Assembly (NCBI GenBank): GCA_973895155.1
Contig: OZ316893.1
Coordinates: 1,674,860 to 1,738,859, forward strand
Length of the DNA: 64,000 nucleotides
Reading direction: 5' to 3'
Source of the DNA: Marsupella aquatica
Lineage: Eukaryota > Plantae > Marchantiophyta
The notes beneath the pieces were generated by a model. That model was not told the DNA's origin. It saw only the letters and a program-made list of their open reading frames with translations, and did not search any database. The translations under genes and the position numbers were made by a program. Below are positions 38,007-49,057 of this stretch, piece after piece (within the stretch, counting starts at the first letter, position 1; each line of letters opens with the position of its first letter).

Positions 38007-38260
38007 TTCGTTGACGCCGCTGACGAGGCATTGGTGTGTTGATGAAGGCCCGGACATTGGTGTATGACACCAAATGAGAAGCGAGTTAAAGAAGAAACCT
38101 GGGGATGAGACGAAAAATCTTGGGGACCACAGAAAATGGTCAAAACATTTCCTGAAGCAAACGGACATAAAAGAGAACTCTAACGCTCGATAATTGAGGA
38201 CAATAGTAACCATAGATATCACTACAAGACAAAATATCAAACATGTTTACACGATGAGCA

Positions 38261-38802
38261 TCTACAACTATAATAAGGGATCCAGCCTTTTTTCATCATT
38301 CATCTCAATACAAAAAAGGTCTTGGGTGGGAAAGACCCACGCCGTTGGATTCGATTAGTTGTTTTCCCTGACCATTGATGGAAGAAATGTGCACACCCCT
38401 AACACATATGTGCTTCCCACTGCCCCATAAATGCCCGGCCCGACTCCCTACATGGACTGGCCCTCCTTGCACCGTGCAATGCATGGGCAGAGGGCTCGTG
38501 CTATATATATAACGAGAAGGCCATGTTTTTACTGTGTTTAAACATTAGCCAAGGTGGCTAGTGTTTTAAAAAAGCATTCAGCATGTCCCTGTAATCTCAA
38601 AACTGAGAATAGGGCAGCTATGTTTTTATTGTTTTTAAACATTAGCGAAGGTTAGGTGGCTACTATTTTACCATATAGGGCAACACATGTTTTTATTGTT
38701 CTTAATTATTGTTCTTAAACATTAGCCAAGGTGACTACTATTTTAGATTAAACATTAGCCAGGGTGACTACTATTTTAGAACATAGACAAGCACAGGTCT
38801 AG
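38261..38802 (+). mobile_element. Non-autonomous Helitron-like element with internal tandem repeats
   Basis: 5' A|TCTACAACTATAATAAG and 3' CTAG|T, no TSD. AAACATTAGC(C/G)A(A/G)GGT repeats four times at ~38540-38770. A second copy of the 5' half lies at 24150-24377. The 3' hairpin is degenerate. Confidence 0.6.
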
Positions 38803-40856
38803 TTATGGAGTATTTTCTTTCAATTATACTGTACTTTCTGACTAATGTAGAGTATTTTCTGCCTGTTTTTTTAGGTCAGTGATTGGCTAATTAAATTTTG
38901 ACCTCCAAAAAAATGGCTGGTATGGAGGTTGACTTTGGAAAGGATGGTTTCCTAGTGGTGGCCCCTGTCCCCTAAATAAATAGCAATCAGCCTCCATTTT
39001 CACAACCCTAACAGTCACATTTGGTAGTTCTAAATGGCAGCCAGGAGAGACACCTCTATTCCCTTCTACATTGGAGCTTCCACCACATGCTTGAGATTTT
39101 GAACTTGGGTATGATGACTCAATATGTTGGAGAAGATAGATGTCAAAGAGGGGGAAGCATGGTGACTGAGTTCAATATGGCTGCTTTTCTAATTTTTAAG
39201 CCTCCAAATGATGGGATAAATTTTGGGTTTAGAGGTCACACAACTGGAGATGCTCTAAGTAGTCAAACACCGCTGAAGTACAAAGTAAAAATGGATTCAA
39301 GCCCTAAGAATATGAGAAAAGGAACATTTAGGGTGGCTCTGTTAACGTTGTCCGAAAAGTTTCGGCCGAACGGGCAACACAGCCTGAAATATGTTTTACA
39401 GAATTGTCTGTGAGTGTTCTCACCAAGGTTCTCACAACTTTAAAAGAGGAGTGAGAGTGGGCTGCATGCAAAATAGTCTACTCATAGCCTTTCAAGCCTA
39501 TATATACTTGCAAATAGTGTAGCTTTAATGACAAGGGCTGCGCAGTTTCAAAGCAAGCAGGAAGGGGGAGCGAGAGAGAATAGAGAGGGCTCGATGATTT
39601 CTGCTGAGGTGCCTGAACTTGGGGCGACTCCATTTCCTGCCCCAATTTTATTTGTTGCAGCTCTCTGACAAAAGCTGTGAGCCTGAAGGAAGCTATGTGA
39701 ACAGCCAACCTCTCAGCATGGCAAAGAAAGACAATGGCTCTCAACCTGGAGGTGGATGGGGATTGTAAGAAGAATGTGTCTCTTGATTCTCAGACGCTAG
39801 CTAGCGACTTTGAAAGCTAGTTATCTTACACATTTCCCACAGTATTGCAATTAGAAGATGGGAGAATAGCCAGAATGCATTTCTACGGTGGAGGTTGCTA
39901 ATCTACAGCAGATACATTTCTACGGTCTCCAGAATTTTGGTTGTTCTATTGTCGCTGGCTATCTACTGTAGACAATGAGAACCTTGGCAAAGGAAGGCTG
40001 AATAGACAGAATTGCAGCTAGCATAAGGGGAATGAGCGGAAGGCAGACTGAGCAGCATAAATCAGACATGCTTCAGAAGAAATTGAAGCATCTTGCTTTT
40101 CTGACATTAAATCATGTACTTACGAAAGACAAGTTCCAGGTCCAAGCTGGATCTCTAGCTGGAATTAGTTAGAAATTTCATCATAGTTTTATGCTGAGCT
40201 TGGTGCATGCATTCTCAACAATGTGATTTGCCTTTGGGTAAAGCTTTGTGAACTCAAATGTGGTTTGAAATAAGAGATTTAATGTGTGCTTCAATTTCAA
40301 GGCGAGAAATTCACTAGTGGTACGTTTGATTTGAACAAGAACCAGGAAAGGAAGTGTATTCTACAGATCAGATCACTCATGCAGAACTTCTGGCTATTTT
40401 TAAGGAGAATATTAAAGTGGATAAAATGAAAATAGATGAGACTTGTGGAGAGGGCAGCGATGTCAGCAATTTGTTCTGCATGATTGAAATCATTAGACTC
40501 TATTTTGGCAATAGAAATGGATGCACTTTATTGAGAATGTCAGAAAATGAACATTTTGATTCAATTGTCGTCTACCCAACTATTCCACTCCCTAATCCTC
40601 CATCTGGCCCCATTGATTGGTAAATCCTACATTTTTGTCATGTTGTTGGGTGTGGGCCCACTTCAACTACGGAGAAATCCATGTAGGAGCGATGGTCAAA
40701 GTTAGTCAATCGACAACATGCTTCAAAAACTGGTCGTTCCTTTGGGTCAGGCTTCAATGGATGACCATGCTTTTGTTTTCTCTCTCCAGTTTGCCTTGAG
40801 CGGAGCCATAATAGGGCACACTCAATTACAAAGTCAATAAAACTCTAACATGGTAA

Positions 40857-41164
40857 TGTTGGAATTTGTCAGTCCTGTCCGTTGCTGACTCCCTTCGGCT
40901 CACTGTCGGGAGTTGTTACTTTACTGGCAATCTCGGACTTGCTACAGTAGTTGGTAGGCAGTCTTCCCTAGATCCATTTTGGATCAGTCTGCATGCGCCC
41001 CACTTAGCACAGTCCTAACCATAATTAGTTAGTCTGATACCAGGATTATCCTTGTCGGCTGCTTGTCGTTGGCGCCTACTTGTGCCCTCACTTAAGCTGT
41101 ATGTAATGATCGAGCCTCAGTGCTCCTGATTAATTAAGTTTCATACATATTGAAAACTTCTACA
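40857..41164 (+). repeat. 5' LTR of the outer copia (~308 bp)
   Basis: TGTTGGAA...TTCTACA immediately upstream of the PBS. The start is inferred from the TG terminus because no partner LTR is present. Confidence 0.65.
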
Positions 41165-41168
41165 TATA

Positions 41169-41180
41169 TGGTATCAGAGC
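41169..41180 (+). promoter_or_regulatory. Primer binding site (tRNA-iMet) of the outer copia
   Basis: TGGTATCAGAGC. Confidence 0.9.
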
Positions 41181-43028
41181 CCTGCTCTTGGAACCCTCAT
41201 TCTGGTAGAGTAAGTGTTGATCACCATGGCTTTAGGCGACGCAACCAAGCTCTTTTTCTCAGATAGCGACAAGTTAATTGGGGCACACAATTACATTGTG
41301 TGGTCCTTTTATGTTGAGCAAATTCTAAGACAAAGAGACCTTTGGGAGATTGTCGACCCCACCACAAATACACCTACTCCAACAGCTGGAGGAAGTACTC
41401 CTTCACAAGCACAAAGCGCAGCATCAGCATCTTCTGAAGGAGGCAATGCTTAGCAGCGACCTACAGCTACCAATGGACCCTCAACAGGTGCATCAAAGAG
41501 CCTGGCTGACGTCCAGAAGCAGAAGGATAGGGTAATCATTATACTCACCAAGACCGTCCATCTTCTATTATTCCTATGATCGTTAGAAGGCTTAGTAAGG
41601 ATCTTGCCAAGCTATGGGCTATCCTTAAGCAAAAGTTTGAGTCATCAGCACTCCAGCGAAAGCTGCATCTCAAGTCCTCTCTCGCTGAAGCTTGCATGAG
41701 TGAGGGATCCTCAGTGGAGGCCTAGTACCTCAAGAAGATCGAGTACCACGTAATGCAACTAGGCAGCATAGGAGAGGAAACAGATGACAAGGACCTCATT
41801 CATATTGTGCTAAGAAATTTGCCTGCAAGCTGGTCTACGTTCAAATCAGTCTATAGTGTCATGTATGCCAAGGATCCTCTAGCCACTTTTGCAGATCTGG
41901 AGGAGTATTTACAGGCTGAAGAATTCAGTCGTAAACCACACAACAAAGTTGATGAGCAATCCCTGCTTGCCCTCACTTACCCAAAATGTGGAGAGGGAAG
42001 TAGAGGTCATCGTGGACGCGGAAGGGGATGTTGTGACCGAGGAAGACCTCATAGAGCATATGATGGTGGACCAGATCAACAAAACTACAATTTAGATGGG
42101 AAGCGAGTCCACTAGGAAGCTGACTACTTCATTACAACGGCTGACACAAAGATCAAGACGATGTTTGTGTCTCAGTTAAAGGACCTGCACTCAAAAATCA
42201 AAGACATCAAAGCCACTCCTGCATCCAAGGCGTACTTTGCTGAGGGGGACATTGGAGATAACAACTCTGAGTTTGGCAAATCCAGTGAACCCAAATCTTC
42301 ACTTACTGTTGAAGCAATGCTCAGTGAACTCAATGTCAACAGCACTGAAGACAAGACCTGGATTCTTGATAGCAGAGCCTCAGCTCACATTAGTCGAGAC
42401 AATAGTTTTGTGAATCTAACTGGAGGCGCTTCTACTTCCACTGTCCTGACGGCCAATGGCTCTAAGATGCCAATCTCAGGATCTGGATGTATTCCACTTT
42501 TTGGAAATAAATCTATTCAAAATGTTTTGTATGTACCATCTATTACTAGGAATTTACTCTCCATTGGCAAGTTCACTAATCAAGACCACTCCGTGCTGTT
42601 CAATTCATCTAGCTGCTATATATTTGATCCAAATAGACCATCACAACCTTATCTCAAGGGCTATAGAGATCCTCGTAGCAAAAGCTATACAAGCTAAAGT
42701 TGTGTACACAGGCAACTCACCGTAGCAGGAACCCCTCATCAAAATGGGGTAGCAGAACGTAAAAACCGGACTCTTCTTAATATCATATGTAGCATGTCAA
42801 TTGGCTCAAACTTTCCAACCTACCTATGGGAAGAATTGGTCAACACAGCCAATTACATCAACAATAGATGTAGCACACGAGCCCTGAATCTCTCTACCCT
42901 TGTTGAATGTCTCACGAGTATCAAACCAGACGTCAATCATTTTCGTATTATAGGGAGTACAACACATGTCCATGTACCCAAGAAATGTGCAACAAGCTCT
43001 AATCAAAATCAATCTGAACTGTGCTTAT

Positions 43029-43354
43029 TGTGGGGAGAAATCAGATCAGGAAAAACACTCCAAACATGCACGTGCTCAATAGTTACGTGGTTCGCCTCAA
43101 GGTTGGCTACGTCCACGGGAAGACCAAGCTTTATTAGCGGTTATGTGTGTACTCAAGCATCACCATAGCTCTCATCTCTTCAAGCTCTCATCTCTTGCTA
43201 TATCCCTGTGTTCTCTCTTGAGAACTCTCTTGTGTGTGTTCTCACACCACATACAAGTTGAAGAGATAAGGATCAATCTCTTCAACTAGGGTTTACTCTA
43301 ACCCTAGTTAACATCCTAACCATAGTTCAACCCAAGACTGAGTTAACCTCTACA
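43029..43354 (-). repeat. 3' LTR of the inner copia
   Basis: TG...CA termini; adjacent to the PPT. Confidence 0.97.
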
Positions 43355-43356
43355 AA

Positions 43357-43365
43357 CTCCCCCTT
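43357..43365 (-). promoter_or_regulatory. Polypurine tract of the inner copia
   Basis: AAGGGGGAG on the minus strand, 2 nt before the 3' LTR. Confidence 0.9.
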
Positions 43366-43546
43366 GACTTACGTCTTGGGAGGGTTCATAATATTGTCTT
43401 TTCCTTACAAGTTCCTCCGCGGGAAGTTCAAGACAGTAAGGCCAAAAGGCCCTCCCCCTAATGCAAGGGTTAACTAGAACTAAGCCGTAGCCGATAAGCC
43501 ATCGGATGGAGTACTCATATAGAGACATTTTCTTGGTTAACTCTAT

Positions 43547-46500
43547 TTACAATATTTGTAAATAATTACAATGCCTTGAAAAACTATTGGAGTCTAATAC
43601 TTTGGTAAAAGCATCCGCTGGATTAAGCTTTCCATCAATCTTGACAAGCTCAAATTCATCATCCGATAATGCCTGTCGGATGAAATGATAGCGGACATCA
43701 ATGTGCTTGTACCCTGCCATCCATCACCTGATTCTTGGCAGTGTAAATTGCACTTTGACTGTCACAATGAAGATACACAGAATCTTGTGATAAGCCCATC
43801 TCTTTGACAAGCTTTTTCAACCAAATGGTCTCTGATGCTGCTTCTACTGCCGCTACATACTCGGCATCCATAGTAGACTTTGCAACACACTTTTGGAGAG
43901 TAGACTTCCAACTAATGCATCCACCAGCAAGTGTAAATACATATCCAGTTGTTGATCTCCTCTTATCCAGATCACCTGCGTAGTCTGCATCCACATAACC
44001 TTGAAGCACTTTCATATTGTTTGAATTTGCATCAAACAATAAACCCTTCTTAGTGGAACCTCTGATGTAGCGCAAAATCCATTTCACTACTTCCCAATGG
44101 ACTTTTCCTGGATTTGCCATGTATCTGCTTACCTTGCTAACAGCATAAGCTATGTCTGGTCGGGTGCATACCATGAGATACATTAAACTGCCCACAGCAC
44201 TTTCATAAGGAACTTTGGACATCAAACTTTTTTCTGTTGCATCCGATGGACAAAATGCTGCAGAAATATTGAAACGCCTTGCCAAAGGAACACTCACAGC
44301 CTTAGCATCTGCCATGTTGAATTCTGAGAGATTGTCAGCCAAAGTTTGGCTTTGTTCACATCCCTGACAATCTCCATGCCTAGGATCCTCTTGGCTGTGC
44401 CCAAGTCCTTCATCTTAAACTCAGAACTGAGTTGGGCCTTAAGCTTATCAACTTCGCCCCTATCCTTTGCTGCAATGAGCATGTCATCCACATAAAGTAC
44501 AAGGATGACAAACTTAAAACCTGTGTTGTTCACACGCCTGATGTAAACACATGGATCGTACACGCTTCGCACAAATCCAAGCGATTTCAAAAATTCATCA
44601 AAACGCTTGTTCCACTGCCTTGGGCTCTGCTTTAATCCATACAAGGATTTTAGCAATCTGTATACCAAATTTTCCTTGCCCTTTTGTACAAAACCCTCTG
44701 GTTGCCTCATGTAAATCACCTCATCTAACGATCCATATAAGAATGTCGTGACAACATCCATTTGATCTAAAACTAGATCAAATAAAACTACAAGAGCACA
44801 TAGCAAACGTATTGTTGAATGCTTTGCTACGGGTGAAAAAACCTCATTGTAGTCTATACCTTTCTGTTGAGTAAAACCCTTGGCTACCAACCGAGCCTTA
44901 AATATCTTCTCAGCATCCTCTGTGGGTCCATCTTTCTTTCTATACACCCATTTGCTGTCAACAGCCTGCTTGTCACTAGGTAGACTTGTGAGTTCCCAAG
45001 TCTTGTTATCATGAAGTGATTTCATTTATATGCGCATCGCCGCCTGCCATTGTTGCTTCTCCATAGAAGCTAGGACCTCTCGAAATGAGGATGGATCTCC
45101 ATCTTCTGTCACCAATGCATCAATAGATTCTTCATCCAAATCCACTTGATCAGAAGGAAGCCAAGTTCCATACCTTTCTCGGGCTTGACGTTTGCGAGTT
45201 CCTCTTCGCACTGAAGACTCTAGCTGATCTGATTGTAGTGTGCTTTGCCTTACAGTGGTGTCAACATATTCTTCATCTGACACATCCTTTCCCCTTAAAT
45301 CCTCTAGAGGAGGAGATTGTTCTTTGTTAGTAGTAGGGAATTGATCTATCTCCCCCTCCTTCAATGATTTTTCTTCATTGAAGGATACATCCCGACTAAC
45401 AAGTAACTTGCAATCAACTGGATCCCACAACCGATAACCTTTAACTTCACGCTGATAACCAAGAAAAATGCATTTCTGGGCTCTAGGATCTAGCTTAGTC
45501 CTATTGTTGCTAGGAACATGTGCATATGCTTTACAGCCAAAAACCCTAAGCTTTGAATAATCAGCAGGTCGATTGTGCCATAACTCAAAGGGGGTTTTGT
45601 AAGTAATTGCTCGACTAGGAGAGAGATTTACTAGATAAGCAGCAATATTCACAGCTTCCGCCCAAAAGATTTGTGGCAATTTAGAGTGGCTCAACATGCT
45701 CCTTGCTTGCTCCAACAATGTGCGGTTGAGTCGCTCAGCAACACCATTTTTCTCAAGAGTGTACACAGTTGTGAGATGGTGAGTAATTCCCTTATTTGCA
45801 CAATATGTGTTGAACTCGCCAGAGGTGTATTCACCATCATTATCTGATCGTAGATATCTCACATTCTTTGCAGTCTGTGTCTCAACTTGAGCTACCCATT
45901 GTTTGAAGATGGAAAGCACTTCAAACTTATGGGCAATGAAATAAATCCAAACAAACCTTGAGTAATCATCGATAAATGATACATAGTATTGTTTGCTTGA
46001 ATGTGAGGAAACCGGAGCAGGACCCCACACATCGGAATGAATATACTCAAGTACAACTTTAGAATGATGAATAGCAGTCGGAAATGGAGTTCTTATTTTC
46101 TTGCCGACAATGCAATGATCACAAAAACTCAACTTGCATGCTTGCAATCCTGGTAGGAGATGTCGCTTGTGTAAAATTTCCAAACTTTTTTCACTCATGT
46201 GACCAAGCCGAGCATGCCATAAATTAATTTTCTCCTCCTGAGATGTGACCAAATTGACTTCGGCAGGAAGGGTGGTGCCTTCCAAGACATAGATGTTTCT
46301 TTTCCTCTTGCCAATAAGAACTTCAGTTGATCCATGCGTGACTATTAACACCCCATCAGTTGCACTCCATTGATAACCCTTCGCATCCAAGTAGCCAAGA
46401 GAAATCAAATTCTTACATATTTCTGGAATGTGTCTGACATTTGATAGAGTACAGTACTTGCCACCAAGTAGTTGAATCTTTACGGATCCAATCCCTAAAA

Positions 46501-47559
46501 CTTTGCAAGAATGATTATTTCCCATCAAAACAGATCCGTTGATAGGAGTGTACGATGAGAAAAATTCACGCATATAACACATGTGATACGAGCAAGCGGA
46601 ATCCAAAATCCATTGACAATCCTCAACTTGGGAAGTGGTACACAATGCAAATCCTTCACTATCCTCTTCTCGAATAACTACTTGGGCTGAAGAACCGGCA
46701 ACTTCCTTGAATGTGTCTTTGACGCGACAATCCTTCTTCATGTGGCCCACTTTATCACACTTCCAACATTTTATCTCACGAGTAGACTTGGATGGTGATT
46801 TGGATCGAGATCTAGATCTGGATCTAAACCTCCTCCTACCAAAGATCGGTCGTGGAACCTTCCTCGCTCCATGGGAAGTGGGTTAAACCTTTTGTTTTCA
46901 TGAGATGGCTCCCTTGATTTGCCTCTTTCTACCAACAGTGCTGTTGATGATGAGGTTGAGGTAGGATGAGCTAAAGAAACCAACTTAGACTGCATGTCAT
47001 CGGTCAACAGGGCACTCACCACATCATTGTAGGATATAGTTGTCTTATCACGGAATAGAAGAACTCGAGACAAAGATTGGTACAAAGGTGGTAGTGAGCT
47101 CAAGAGTTGTAAGGCTTTCTTTTCTTCGCTCAAATGCTCCCCCAAATTCTCTAGGTCAACCACAAGATCATTGAACTGATTGATATGATCTTGAATCTTG
47201 ACTCCATCAACCATTTTGAATTGCATGAGCTTCAGGCTTGCATACATTCGGTTTGACATCTCCTTCTTGTAGTACTTGTTGCGCAATGCTTGAAACAAGT
47301 CCATCACCGTTTGTGTTGATTTTTCCTCGAACTGCTTCTTCACATTGTTTTTCAGGTACATTCCAACAATGCTTACCGCTTGATCCTGAAGATCATGCCA
47401 ATCATCATCTTCCATCTCCTTGGGTTGAGATCTTAGTACCTTGCCTAGGCCCATCGCCCTAAGTGCATCCCTCACGTTACGTTCCCACATTGTATAGTCC
47501 ATCCGACCATCAAATTTTTCCACCTCAAACCTTTGACCTCCAATCCTAGTAGTCGCCAT
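43547..47559 (-). pseudogene. gag-pol polyprotein of the inner copia, disrupted
   Basis: FEVEKFDG gag start; zinc knuckle CWKCDKVGHMKKDC; WILDSACSYHMC; LWHARLGHMS; IHSDVWGP; LRSDNDGEY; LYVDDML; YVDADYAGDLD; CDSQSAI. Frameshift at ~46880, in-frame TAA at 45026-45028, deletion/frameshift at ~44340, frameshift at ~43710. Confidence 0.95.
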
Positions 47560-48717
47560 CGCTAGAATGCCAAATGTAGTGTGGAGTTGCCTTCCAACAA
47601 GAAATAAACGTCGAATGCTCAGATGCGGGGTGTGAAAATAAGGCCAAAAATGAAAGTTGGTGAATTTTGAAACTGATCACTCCTGTGTGTAGCCCACAAG
47701 GTAACGCTCCAAATGCTGAAAACGGTTTGTCAAACGGACTCTCGAGTGCCGAGAATTTTTACTCTGACCGGAGGGGGGTAAAAAATGAAATAAATACCCC
47801 TCGAGGGAATCTTTTATGCCAAAGATTCCACTAGTATGCATTTCCAAAATTGAGCACACCAATGCTTGCCTAGCTTCCCCAAGTACACCTCTCCAAAAGT
47901 TGAAGTTGATTCGATTTTGTTTGCCGCTCGGAATCTTTGACCTTCGGTAAAAATTTAAGCCTCTGGAAAAAGAATCTTTTCGGGAAATTCCGTCCGCCCT
48001 TGTACAGCCCCTGTGGGGGAAATTCACAGGGGGCACTTCCCCCTGCCCGAGCCCTGTCGAGCCCTAAAAGGCCTCCTCGAAGTTTTCGACCTCCTCGCGC
48101 GTCCGCGGAAGTCGCGACTACTCGCGGCAGAAAGTACCCCTCGGCGGATTCACTCAAATTCCGTCTCAGTTTTTGACGAAATCCAATTCTGATTTCAGAT
48201 TCAGAAACTAGACTTCGAGGGCATCAAGATCGATATAAAGAACTTGCAAAACGGTGGAGTAATGAGGGAGAAACGATTCATTGAAAGTGACTGATATTAA
48301 GTTATCCGCCATAGCCAAAATTTCGAGCTCAAAAAAACGAGAATTGAAATTAAGATTACTTCTCAACCGTTTGACGAAATCCAGCGATGTTGATATCAAA
48401 ACGTCTAGAAAGATGAGGCGCTCAAGCGTGTCTCAGTTTCAAGTCCCGATAGAACAATCAAAAAGACTGATCTGAGAAATTGACCTTATCTCTTGCCCGA
48501 TAACGTAAATTGAAAACCGTCACTTACAATTGTTTCCGCTTTTGACCTCAGGCCTTCATTGCTTCACTGAAATGAGCCCCTGGTTGTGTGCTCCACACTT
48601 GTGAGAAGATTGAGTCCGATCTTCTTCCAATAGCTCCGCTTTGAAGAGGAAATCATCCGCTGTTCGCTTTGCTTGAAGCAAGTTCTATGGAGTTCCTAAT
48701 CGACTGAAAAAATCTGA

Positions 48718-48729
48718 GCTCTGATACCA
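48718..48729 (-). promoter_or_regulatory. Primer binding site (tRNA-iMet) of the inner copia
   Basis: TGGTATCAGAGC on the minus strand, 2 nt inside the 5' LTR. Confidence 0.95.
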
Positions 48730-48731
48730 AT

Positions 48732-49057
48732 TGTGGGGAGAAATCAGATCAGGAAAAACATTCCAAACATGCATGTGCTCAATAGTTACGTGGTTCGCCT
48801 CAAGGTTGGCTACGTCCACGGGAAGACCAAGCTTTATTAGCGGTTATGTGTGTACTCAAGCATCACCATAGCTCTCATCTCTTCAAGCTCTCATCTCTTG
48901 CTATATCCCTGTGTTCTCTCTTGAGAACTCTCTTGTGTGTGTTCTCACACCACATACAAGTTGAAGAGATAAGGATCAATCTCTTCAACTAGGGTTTACT
49001 CTAACCCTAGTTAACATCCTAACCATAGTTCAACCCAAGACTGAGTTAACCTCTACA
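48732..49057 (-). repeat. 5' LTR of the inner copia
   Basis: Matches 43029-43354 except for two C/T differences. Confidence 0.97.

Larger units (their letters stand above)
43029..49057 (-). mobile_element. Full-length Ty1/copia retrotransposon (Tnt1/Tork-like, 6029 bp) nested in the outer element
   Basis: Two 326-bp LTRs differing at 2 positions; TSD CTTAT at 43024-43028 and 49058-49062; PBS and PPT present; domain order gag-PR-IN-RT-RH. Confidence 0.98.

Noticed and set aside
39423-39987. 12-bp inverted match CCAAGGTTCTCA / TGAGAACCTTGG as MITE termini
   Set aside because: It does not extend convincingly and has no TSD.
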